A stretch of DNA of 64,000 nucleotides, taken from contig CBDDIJ010000002.1 in the NCBI GenBank assembly GCA_965228855.1, positions 608,001-672,000 of the forward strand. The letters are read 5' to 3'. Made by a program: the position numbers and the translations under genes. The DNA is from Candidatus Obscuribacterales bacterium. GTDB taxonomy: Bacteria > Cyanobacteriota > Vampirovibrionia > Obscuribacterales > Obscuribacteraceae. The number at the start of each line of letters is the position of its first letter. The stretch's first letter is position 1. The notes beneath the pieces were generated by a model. The model saw only the letters and a list, made by a program, of their open reading frames with translations, made no database searches and was not told the DNA's origin. Below are positions 10,236 to 20,000 of the stretch, in pieces.

Positions 10236-10748
10236 CTAGTTGCTACGCAGGCATGCAATGACTGTCTTCATTGGCACGTAACCGCCTTGCGTATCGGCAA
10301 TCAACAGATCGCCTTTATCGAGTTTGTAACTTCCGCCGCGTGTGGGCGGGAAGATGACGTCCGGTTGAGGAGCCGAATAATTGTTATACGGTCCAAAGTC
10401 AACGCGGGTCGCATAGGGCAAACTCATCCCTGCATTCAAGTAATTGCTGAGCTGTGTGAGTTCTTGAGCGGGCGCGGCAAACGGGTCCGGGTGATCGCTC
10501 ACAAACCATTCGACAGTCTTCAACGTAACTTCGGCTGCTAGAGCCAATTCCTGACGCTGGTTGTGAATGAGATTTTCATCTTTGATTATGGGTCTGTCGA
10601 GACCGGCACTACCGGCAATGGCAAACACATAAGATTCAACCGGGTTCCGAATGGAGGTTACTTGGACAGTGGTCGGTCGGCTAACTTCAAAATCGGGTAC
10701 GACTCGAAGGTGGCTTTGTGATGCAACTTGTTTAGCAGCGACCGTCAC
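10236..10748 (-). CDS. Hypothetical protein
   Basis: 170-aa ORF, GTG start with GAGG/GGGAAC upstream; no recognisable motif. Confidence 0.55.
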   Translation of the reverse strand: MTVAAKQVASQSHLRVVPDFEVSRPTTVQVTSIRNPVESYVFAIAGSAGLDRPIIKDENLIHNQRQELALAAEVTLKTVEWFVSDHPDPFAAPAQELTQLSNYLNAGMSLPYATRVDFGPYNNYSAPQPDVIFPPTRGGSYKLDKGDLLIADTQGGYVPMKTVIACLRSN

Positions 10749-10978
10749 GTTTCAGTTCCCTCGTGTTCCATGAGCACAATGTACATTTCGATCGTTACTT
10801 CTGCGTGACCAAAATGAGATTAACAAAACATTTTTGAATTTTTCCTGAGCGGCACCCTTGAAATTGCCAACTAGCTTGGATTTCGATCTACCATATATTT
10901 TTTGCCGGGTGGCTGTTTCGGAATAAAACGCCCATTCGGTTCGATATCTATAGATTGGAATCAAAACCGGACCCTTAT

Positions 10979-12427
10979 ATGAAATACGAACCCGTAATCG
11001 GACTCGAAGTACACGCCCAGCTCCGCACGAAAACCAAAATCTTCTGTGGCTGCCCCACGGATTTCGGCGCCAATCCGAACGACCAGGTCTGCCAGGTTTG
11101 CCTGGGCATGCCCGGCGTTTTGCCGGTTTTAAACAAACATGCGGTCGAATGCGCCATCCGAGCTGGACTGGCGCTAAATTGCGAGATTTCGGAACAGACG
11201 AGGTTTGACCGGAAAAACTACTTCTATCCGGACTTATCCAAGGGTTATCAGATTTCGCAGCTTGACAAACCGATTTGCAAGACCGGTCACCTGGTTATAA
11301 ACGGTCGCACTATCCGCATAAACCGCGCTCATCTGGAAGAAGACGCTGGAAAACTCGTCCATGCGGGTGCGGCTGGTCTACATGGTTCGGATTACAGCCT
11401 TGTCGACTACAACCGCGGCGGCGTTCCGCTTCTCGAAATCGTGAGCGAACCGGATATCGAGACACCCGAAGAAGCGAAGGCTTATCTCACTGAGCTGCGA
11501 AACATTTTGCGCGCCATCGATGTTTGCGACGGCAACCTGGAAGAAGGAAGCTTCCGTTGTGACGCGAACGTTTCGATCCGGCCGGTTGGAGATAAGGAGC
11601 TTGGAACCAAAGCCGAAATTAAGAACATGAACAGCTTCCGTTCGGTTCAACGCGCGATTCAATCTGAAATCGAGAGACAAATCAACGTGGTCGAAGGCGG
11701 CGGCAGAGTTGTTCAGGAAACACGACTGTGGAACGAAGCTGACGGCACGACACATCCTATGCGCTCGAAAGAAGAAGCGCACGATTACAGATACTTCCCA
11801 GAACCTGATTTAGTGCCGCTTTCCATAGATCGCAAGTGGGTATCGGATGTTCAGTCCACACTTCCGGAACTTCCGGAGGCTAAACGCCAGAGATACATAA
11901 ACGAGCATGGTCTGTCAGTGGACGATGCCGTGGTCATGGTAGAAAATAAAGACCTCTGCGATTTCTTCGATGCCGCAATCAAACTTGGAACACCGGCGAA
12001 GCCAGCTGCCAACCTGCTAATTGGACCAACGACTGCTTATGTAAACGACAATAATCTCGAATTCAGTGCCATCAAAATGACACCGCAAAATTTATGCGAT
12101 CTGGTCAAAGCCATTGAATCAGGCAAGCTTGGTTCAACCAACGCGAAAAAATTGCTCGTCGAATTGCTCGCTTCCACAGGCGATGTGAATAAACTGATCG
12201 ACGAAAAGGGTCTTGCCCAGCTAAGTGACGAGACCGAACTTCGCAAAATGGTGCAAGAGGTTTTAGCCCGTTCGCAGCCGCAGGTCGAGCAATATCGCAG
12301 CGGTAAAACGAAGATACGCCAGTATTTCTTCGGAGAACTGATGAAGGTTTCAAAAGGAAAAGCTAATCCGGAAGTGACCAATAAGATCCTCGATGAATTG
12401 CTTCCACAGCCGGAATCCGGAGCATAA
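10979..12427 (+). CDS. gatB: Asp/Glu-tRNA amidotransferase subunit B
   Basis: YEPVIGLEVHAQL.TKTKIFC, RKNYFYPDL.KGYQISQ, HLEEDAGK, MRSKEEAHDYRYFPEPDL. Confidence 0.98.
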   Translation: MKYEPVIGLEVHAQLRTKTKIFCGCPTDFGANPNDQVCQVCLGMPGVLPVLNKHAVECAIRAGLALNCEISEQTRFDRKNYFYPDLSKGYQISQLDKPICKTGHLVINGRTIRINRAHLEEDAGKLVHAGAAGLHGSDYSLVDYNRGGVPLLEIVSEPDIETPEEAKAYLTELRNILRAIDVCDGNLEEGSFRCDANVSIRPVGDKELGTKAEIKNMNSFRSVQRAIQSEIERQINVVEGGGRVVQETRLWNEADGTTHPMRSKEEAHDYRYFPEPDLVPLSIDRKWVSDVQSTLPELPEAKRQRYINEHGLSVDDAVVMVENKDLCDFFDAAIKLGTPAKPAANLLIGPTTAYVNDNNLEFSAIKMTPQNLCDLVKAIESGKLGSTNAKKLLVELLASTGDVNKLIDEKGLAQLSDETELRKMVQEVLARSQPQVEQYRSGKTKIRQYFFGELMKVSKGKANPEVTNKILDELLPQPESGA

Positions 12428-12430
12428 TCG

Positions 12431-12895
12431 ATGGAATACAGCAGGTTGATTTATTTCAAATCGTCTAAGCTTCCCACGATAGAACAAGTGGTGAAGGCGC
12501 TTTCGCAAGACGCAGACCTGCGCGTTTCCATTGACGACAAGTATGAAATGCTCTACAAGGACGACGCCGTTTCCTACTCAGTGGGCGAAACGATCCTGAT
12601 CGATGATGGAACATTTTCGATGCTGATTGGCATGACGACTGAATCTCACGTGGCTAAGGAAGCAGAAAAACTGGCGCAGGATTTGCTGAAAACTGTTGCC
12701 GTAAATTCGCCACAAGAGCAAATTCTGGCGAAGCTCGCGACATGCGACGCCCGCTTCGAGATCGGCGGCGTCTTCCCTGATGAGCTCAAGGATCTTTTCG
12801 AAGATCACACAGAGACATTTGACCTGGTCGACGAGCATTTAGAGACGCTCGTCGACGGTATAGTGGTCGATCCGGATAGAAACGAACTAAAGTAA
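12431..12895 (+). CDS. Acidic hypothetical protein, probably co-transcribed with gatB
   Basis: ATG 3 nt after the gatB stop; 154 aa. Confidence 0.65.
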   Translation: MEYSRLIYFKSSKLPTIEQVVKALSQDADLRVSIDDKYEMLYKDDAVSYSVGETILIDDGTFSMLIGMTTESHVAKEAEKLAQDLLKTVAVNSPQEQILAKLATCDARFEIGGVFPDELKDLFEDHTETFDLVDEHLETLVDGIVVDPDRNELK

Positions 12896-13017
12896 GTGCC
12901 GCTATCCATGAGGCTGTTCCTCAATACATACGCGTTTTTCACTAAATTTTTGAATTCCACATCTTTGTCACAAACCAAGACTTATACTGGATGTATCGAA
13001 AGCGCCACTCCGCACTT

Positions 13018-13135
13018 CACTCGCTCAAGTCCTCCGCACTGCACGGTTTCCCGCTCACTTACTACATAAGTCCTTCGCAAAGACTCTCAGCACTCACTCG
13101 CAAAGTCCTTCGCGCTGCACAGGTTTCCGCTCACT
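13018..13135 (+). repeat. Degenerate direct repeat (~42 bp x2) in a C-rich leader
   Basis: CACTCGCTCAAGTCCTCCGCACTGCACGGTTTCCCGCTCACT vs CACTCGCAAAGTCCTTCGCGCTGCACAGGTTTCCGCTCACT; partial AAGTCCTTCGC between them. Confidence 0.75.
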
Positions 13136-13169
13136 CGCTCGCTGCTCAACCCATTCAAGGAGGCCCACT

Positions 13170-14009
13170 ATGGCGGGTCAAACTTCTGATGCTCACTCGG
13201 ATGCACGCACACTGGTAGACAGACAGGCTAGCGGTTTTTCAGCTGATTGTTTGTTTCAACAGTGGCCAAAAGACAGGCAAATGCAGGCTTACAGAGCGCT
13301 CAACGAAGTCAGCAGCGACTCTAATGCAAATCTGCCTGGTCTGACACTTTCCTACTCGGAACGCGGTCGTCATCTCACACCGGACAATGGCAGATGTGCT
13401 CCGGAAGATGTCGCAAAGCCAGTTCAACAGCAGAGACAAAACGACAGTCGCCGCACAGAAAACGTGAGCAGACCGGCGGACAACACTCCAAGTCCCCGTG
13501 AACTAGATCGCCTCGCGCATCCTGAACGACCGGCAGAGCGAATCGAGGACTTGGCCACACGCGCATTGGACGGCAAGGACGAACGAGCAAGGCTCGACCT
13601 GAGAAAAGAACTCGAAAAACTCGCAAATGAGCCGAACAAAGAATTTCGCGATAAAGTCCTCCAACGCATGGTCGAGGATGGAACCTATCTCGCTAATCCG
13701 ATGAACGGAAAGCCGCACGTAGAAGTAAAACGTGATGAACGTGGACGCCCGGAGAGCATCACTTTCAGCAAAAACCTGGGCGTGTATAAAACCGAAATTC
13801 CGTTGAACAAATCACTGGAAGAGCAGGTCACTGAAGCTCAAAAGAATTACATGGATTCGCTGGGCAAGATAACCGGCGGTCTCGGCAAGTTTGATACCAA
13901 CGCGACCATGGCGGCTTACGATATTCAGATGGGAGCCGATCCAACCAACGTCAGATGGTTCATGCTTCATAGAAAAGACCAGGGCAGACCGCTTCTGGAC
14001 CGCAACTAG
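13170..14009 (+). CDS. Hypothetical hydrophilic protein
   Basis: AAGGAGG RBS before ATG; 279 aa; no signal peptide. Confidence 0.75.
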   Translation: MAGQTSDAHSDARTLVDRQASGFSADCLFQQWPKDRQMQAYRALNEVSSDSNANLPGLTLSYSERGRHLTPDNGRCAPEDVAKPVQQQRQNDSRRTENVSRPADNTPSPRELDRLAHPERPAERIEDLATRALDGKDERARLDLRKELEKLANEPNKEFRDKVLQRMVEDGTYLANPMNGKPHVEVKRDERGRPESITFSKNLGVYKTEIPLNKSLEEQVTEAQKNYMDSLGKITGGLGKFDTNATMAAYDIQMGADPTNVRWFMLHRKDQGRPLLDRN

Positions 14010-14198
14010 GTTCTGATAAATTGGGACACTCGTGAAACTTTCAATGCAACACACCCAACGGGCGCTTAACCGCGCCCGTTTTAACGTTCGAGCATTGAAA
14101 CACACCCGCGAACCTTGCGACTGTTTTTTATAACCCGGATGAGCAGACCCAATCTACTTTTCTTGTAGGCGTTTAGGGAAACGAACGACCTTAGTGGT

Positions 14199-14945
14199 AT
14201 GAGTATAGAGTCAGACGGCTGCCTACTACACAGGTTAATGCTCCCGTTCGAGAAAAGTAGAAAACTTTTTGGTGCCGCTTTGGGCGTGGGCTTCTTGATG
14301 TGGCTCAGCGACGGCGCGGTCATACAGCCGGCTCTAACGTACAACTTCAAAGGTTATTATGCGCCGACGGTTCTGATTTCGCCCCTGCGCGAAGATATCG
14401 TCTATTCTCCCGTCGGAGTCGGAAGAATCACATCTGGAGCTGGTTTTCGCAGACATCCCGTCACCGGCAAACACAGTTTTCATAGTGGCGTCGATCTCTC
14501 GGCGAAACTGAACGACAAGGTGTACAACCTCCTCGATGGCGTCGTCACTCGGGTTGGATGGCGTGGAAACCTGGGTGTGGCTGTAGAGGTTTACCATCCA
14601 TATCCAAACATCAAAACTATCAACGGTCACCTGAACGCCTACAGCGTGTTGCCCGGCATGTGGGTGCAACGCGGTCGGGTAATAGGTTACGCCGGATCAA
14701 CAGGTCGTTCCACCGGTGTTCACTTGCACTACACAGTCCTCAAAGCCGATACCGGTGAATACATCGAGCCACTCGACTTTTTGAAACAAGTTCCAGGCTA
14801 TCTGGCGGCGTTGCGCTCTGCTCGTGCTCAACAACAGATGCAATACAACTTGAAAAACATGAAGAAACCCGAGGAAAAACCGGTCGATACGGATGACGAG
14901 GATCTACCGGACGAAGGCGAGAGCGAGAAAGAAAAATCGAAATGA
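14199..14945 (+). CDS. M23 (LytM) family metallopeptidase
   Basis: HSGVDL (HxxxD), GHL, GSTGRSTGVHLHY (HxH); hydrophobic N-terminal segment; exact start uncertain. Confidence 0.9.
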   Translation: MSIESDGCLLHRLMLPFEKSRKLFGAALGVGFLMWLSDGAVIQPALTYNFKGYYAPTVLISPLREDIVYSPVGVGRITSGAGFRRHPVTGKHSFHSGVDLSAKLNDKVYNLLDGVVTRVGWRGNLGVAVEVYHPYPNIKTINGHLNAYSVLPGMWVQRGRVIGYAGSTGRSTGVHLHYTVLKADTGEYIEPLDFLKQVPGYLAALRSARAQQQMQYNLKNMKKPEEKPVDTDDEDLPDEGESEKEKSK

Positions 14946-16990
14946 ACATGGCCCCAGACGTAGCTGTATCAACCTGGAAAAAGGGCAAACAACTTTTTCT
15001 TGATGGAAATTGGCGGGAAGCAGAAGAGGCTCTCACAGCCGCTCTTGATGGCGTCCGAAAGGACGGCGACGACGAGGTTGTGGAACGCTCGGTAGTCGAC
15101 CTCGAATACATTCCGTTGATGCTCGAGCTGGCGGAACTTCTCATTTTGAAAGAACGCAAGCAGGACAGTCGCACTCTGCTTCAAGAGATCATAAACATAA
15201 TCGAGGACCTCTATCCCGACGAGGAGGGGCTACTTCTGGACGCCTACCTGGCCTACATTGATGCGCTCTCCATGTGCGATGACTTCGCAGAAGCGGAGCC
15301 CTACATCGATCAGGCGGTAGAACTCGCGGAAGAGAAAACAGAGCACATTGCCGATGGAAAACTGATCCAGGCGCTGACCACGAAAGCAGCCAGCTATCTT
15401 GCCCAGGAACAATTCGAAGAATCCGGACCTGTAATTGATTCCTGCCTCGAACTATGCACCAACCACGGTATCACCAAAGGTGATGCTGTTTGTTCCGCAC
15501 TATTGTTCAAGGGACTTCTGCTGCACCTCGGCGGCGCAGTAGATCAATCAGAAGAAACTTTTTTAGAAGCGCTGGAAACTGTGCGCGACGAGATTCATTC
15601 GCGCTCATTCCAAGATGTCTGTTTCGGCTATACAACTCTTCTCATCTCGCAGAGCCGATTTAGCGATGCGATTGCGTTTCTCGACAAAGAAATTTCCTTG
15701 CGCGAAAAGCAAACTTCACCAGAGCATCCATTTTTAAAGCGCGCGATTGCATCACTGGCAATTGCGAACGCGGCTTATGGCGACCTTGAAGAAGCGGAGG
15801 CACACGCCCAGAGATATCATCGCCTTGTCGAGATGATGGGCAACGCCGGAGCGGAGTTGCGCATCGATTGCTTGCGAACTCTAGTCGATATTCTCGTCGA
15901 ACAATCTCGATACGCCGATGCCGAAGTGCTTCTCAACCGAGCGAATGACATACTCGAAAACCTGCAAGATAACTATGTCAAAGCAACTTTGATTTCGGAT
16001 GTTGCTCGCTTGAAAGTCGAACTCGGACAGTACGATGAAGCAGAGCGCCTCTGCACAAGGGCACTGGCGATGACGACGGAAATCAAAGGTGAAGAGCACA
16101 TCGAAACAGCTATGTGTTTGTCGATCCTCGGCAGCGCGTATTTCTCGAATCGAAAAATCAATGAGGCGGAGGCTACATACCGCAGAGCCATCGAACTTAT
16201 AGAAAAACATCATCACTTCTTCACGTCATTCGTCGGCGCGGAAAACTATCGCAACCTCGGAATTATCTTGACGCAGCAAAAGAAATTCGAGGAAGCCGAA
16301 GAGATGTTTCTCAAGATCCTCGCTCACCATGAGAAGAATAACGGTCAACTTCAGGTTCAAATGGCCGAAACCCATCGCAATCTGGGCGAATTGTTTGAAG
16401 CTCAAAACAAAAATCACGAGGCGCTGGGGCAGTACGAAATCGCGCTCGCCATTGCTAAAAACATCTACGGACCAGACAATGCGGAGGTTTCAGATTACGT
16501 CTGTTTCCTCGCGGATATCCACAGAAAAGATTCGCGATTTACAGAAGCGGAAGAGTTGTACAAACATGCACTGAAGCTTCTTGAGAATACGCTCGGGCCG
16601 CAGCATCCCAAGACATGCACTCTGCTGCAGCGCTTCGGGGAGATGGCGATCGAAAAGAAAGAATACATCGTCGCCGAAGAGTATTTCATGTCGGCGCTGC
16701 AACGCCTGGAGCAAACGCTCGGGACAATGCACCCTGAAATCGGCTACACGTGCTACTGCCTCGGCGCCGCGTTCCACTGGCAAGAGAAACTGCCGAAAGC
16801 CGAGGAATTCTACAAGCGCGCGCTTGCGATTAAAGAGAAGCAGCTCGGACGGAAACACCAGGATCTCGCCAACATAATCGAGCCTCTCATCGATATCCTC
16901 GCCCATCAGAAAAAGTATCCAGAGGTCGAGGGACTGCAACGGCGCATGCTGGAAATCAAAAGCTACGACGAGCAGAAGCAGTCATCATGA
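14942..16990 (+). CDS. Tetratricopeptide repeat protein (kinesin-light-chain-like TPRs)
   Basis: Repeated AE..Y.RAL.I.E..LG..HP units; ATGA overlap with the M23 gene. Confidence 0.88.
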   Translation: MNMAPDVAVSTWKKGKQLFLDGNWREAEEALTAALDGVRKDGDDEVVERSVVDLEYIPLMLELAELLILKERKQDSRTLLQEIINIIEDLYPDEEGLLLDAYLAYIDALSMCDDFAEAEPYIDQAVELAEEKTEHIADGKLIQALTTKAASYLAQEQFEESGPVIDSCLELCTNHGITKGDAVCSALLFKGLLLHLGGAVDQSEETFLEALETVRDEIHSRSFQDVCFGYTTLLISQSRFSDAIAFLDKEISLREKQTSPEHPFLKRAIASLAIANAAYGDLEEAEAHAQRYHRLVEMMGNAGAELRIDCLRTLVDILVEQSRYADAEVLLNRANDILENLQDNYVKATLISDVARLKVELGQYDEAERLCTRALAMTTEIKGEEHIETAMCLSILGSAYFSNRKINEAEATYRRAIELIEKHHHFFTSFVGAENYRNLGIILTQQKKFEEAEEMFLKILAHHEKNNGQLQVQMAETHRNLGELFEAQNKNHEALGQYEIALAIAKNIYGPDNAEVSDYVCFLADIHRKDSRFTEAEELYKHALKLLENTLGPQHPKTCTLLQRFGEMAIEKKEYIVAEEYFMSALQRLEQTLGTMHPEIGYTCYCLGAAFHWQEKLPKAEEFYKRALAIKEKQLGRKHQDLANIIEPLIDILAHQKKYPEVEGLQRRMLEIKSYDEQKQSS

Positions 16991-17026
16991 TACATTCCGC
17001 CAGTTTCAAGTTCATCAGGAAACCTT

Positions 17027-20000
17027 CTATCTAGACGACCACATCATCTCAACTGGCGATGAACTGTTTACCCGCGAAAAGTATGCTGGAGCAACGGTCG
17101 CAGGAGGGTCGGCAATAATGGTCACGCCACCGTCAAGCTGAATTGCTGACGCTGCGAGCTTTCCTGTACTGAACACTAACTGAGTGTTGATCGCACTCAG
17201 AGAATTATTAGGAGCAAGGGCAGTAATTCCATTGTTAAAGAAGACTGTACCAGGCGTGGTGACCGTTACATTCGTGGGTGTTGACCCTGCGGAAGATGTC
17301 GCCGGTAATTCGCCAATAAATATGTCGATCTCGCCTCCGCCAGGCGCATCCATACTCAAAATGTTCGCGCTACTTCCGATCTCAATTTTGGTGCTTTTAG
17401 ATTTACCGGCGTTACTGAGCGAGATACCGCCAGCACTTGTTTCGACGGTCGCACCGGATTCAACCCGAAGCAGCCCGCCACCTGCCCTGATCGAAATCTG
17501 AGCCGCAGACAGATTGTTGATAAATAAACTTCCGGCGCTGGTTAGGCTAAAAGAGCCAGAAGCTGTTGAATCAAGCAATTCCACAGTCTTACTCAATTCG
17601 GAAATATTGACGGTGCCCCCAGGGCTGCCTGCGTTGTTCACGGTTAATGCGCCAGAGTTCAGACTCAATGGAGTTGATGCACTGCCAATGTTTCCGGAAT
17701 CACTGTAAAGCTCAATGCTGTTAGCCGTGAGGCGGACTTTGCTCGAAGACTGGGTAATATCGCCTGAACCAAAGACATCCAGAACAATCGATTGCGCCTT
17801 GTTGCTTCCAATAGATGCATTCAGCTCAATACCGCCATTGTTTGCGATGGTACTGAGCGCGATTGCCGACGCCGAATTCAACTTCTCGTCTACAAATATC
17901 GAACCGTCCGATGCAAGACTGACATCGCCTCTGCTTTTAACACTGAGAAGATGAGTTTCAACACCGTTGAAATTCCTCAGACTCACGCTGCCTTTGCCCT
18001 TCGACGAGATATTGGTGGTGGTCAAACGTAACGGGTTAGCGCTGGAACCTACATCACCATCTTTGCTGTCCAGATCAACCTGAAACGCTTGAATTGAGTC
18101 GAGACCCGCACTAGCGTTCGAAATCGAGCCTCCTTTGGTGTTAAGCGAAACAACACCACTGCTTAAGTCCGTTGAAATGACATCGCCAACAACAATGTTG
18201 GATGCCTTTCCTTCCGAAGTAAGTTCAACCGATGTAGCGCCCGTGATTGCCCCCACGGTGGCGATGTTGCCGTCCGAGGAAAACTTGAATGCACCACTTT
18301 GGCTCGCCGAAACGCCCAGCGAAACGGTATCTCCGGATGAATTTCGAATGTTCACAGAGGCACCGGTTGCGGACAGGCTCGCTGTTGAAACTGACAGAGC
18401 TTTGTTCGTCCCGATATTGCCGCCAGCGGTCTGAAGCGTAATCATGTCCGCTTCAATGGGTTTGCGCGATACTATATCGCCAGCTGTAAAACTTCGAAGA
18501 GAGATTTGACTCGTTGCCGAATCACCGAGGTTCTTGGTGATGTTGATCTGTCCTCGACTTCTGTAGTCGACGCTATCCACATCTACTAAATCAACGTATT
18601 GGGAAATTGGCCCATTGCTTTCGATGAAAACTGAGCCATTGGTCGAGCCTTTGACACTGATACTGCCCGTAATACCATTTTGCGTACCACTCTTACCGAT
18701 CTGAAATTCCTTATTGTTCATAAAGCCAACAGCACCACTAGACAGAAGCACATTGCCACCAATACCACTGCCCACTCCGTCTGCGACAAGATCGCCAATA
18801 ACTCTAAAACTATTTATCATTCCAGCAACAATAGAGATGCTCGCTCCGTCGCCGTTGGCACCAGTCGGATTAGCATGAATGGCGTCCGTAAAGGCGGTCA
18901 GGTTGAAACTATTCGATAGATAAATGGTTCCTCCATTGCCCTGAACGTTACCGCCCTCGGCAAAAAGCTCAAATTGTCCGGAATCGGTTCCGATGGTAAG
19001 CGGGAAAACCTGGGACCGCAAGTTTATGGAACCACCATTCCCTATTCCTACGCCAGAAGCCTGAAGTACGACATGGCTCATGTTTTCTGTTGCGAGACCG
19101 GCCGCTTGAAAGTCGATGCTACCGCCATTGCCGTTCAACCCGAGAGGCGATACATTAACGGCGCTTCCGTCGACAAGAAGAGTGCCGATATTTCGGAGAG
19201 TTGCGGTGCCACCATTGCCACCACTACTTCCACTGGTAGCCTCCAAGGATATTTGTCCTGCTCCAAAGCCCAAGGTGACATCATCAGTCACCTCCGGAAA
19301 GATTGTTAGCGTATGGTAGTCTACAACGCCACCATCTCCTACACCGCTCCCGTTTGCTCGCAAAATCAGTGGGCTGACATCGGAGTTCGACCACTCCAGG
19401 CGCTGCCTCGCAGCTAGGTGAATTTCACCTCCGTTTCCACTGCTGCCGCCCCCGCTTACGTCAAAAGTTCCGCCAGGCAGGGTAAGAACAGTGCCGCTTG
19501 TTAGTGAAATCCTTGCGCCATCCCCATCAGTAACATCATAAATTAAACCGTTAGGACTAACTGCAACGCTTCCTACGAGAAAGGATCCCCCAGAGGCAAC
19601 GTTACTGACAAATATTTCGCCCGCATCTCCACTTACAGAGCCTCCACTAACATTTATTGACAGCACACTATTGCTAGTAGCGGTCCCGACAGAAAACTCA
19701 GAGAACGCACTGAGGTCCAACTTCACTAAACCGGCGCTCGAATTACTCGAGCCACCTGTCGCATCTAAATTTCCTAATACCGCAGTTGCAGATACGACAT
19801 TTATTGCGCCACCCAGCGAGCGCAGGTCGCCAGTTTGAACGGTCGCGACCACGTTGCCTAGAGTCGTCCCTTCTAAAGAATTGCCGGACGAAATAGATCC
19901 GTTCGTCGCAAACACCAGGGAACCGCCATCTGAAATGACAGGCTGTGATGCGATTACATCGATGTCGTTCGCTCCAGCAGTTCCGCCGTGACTGACGGAG

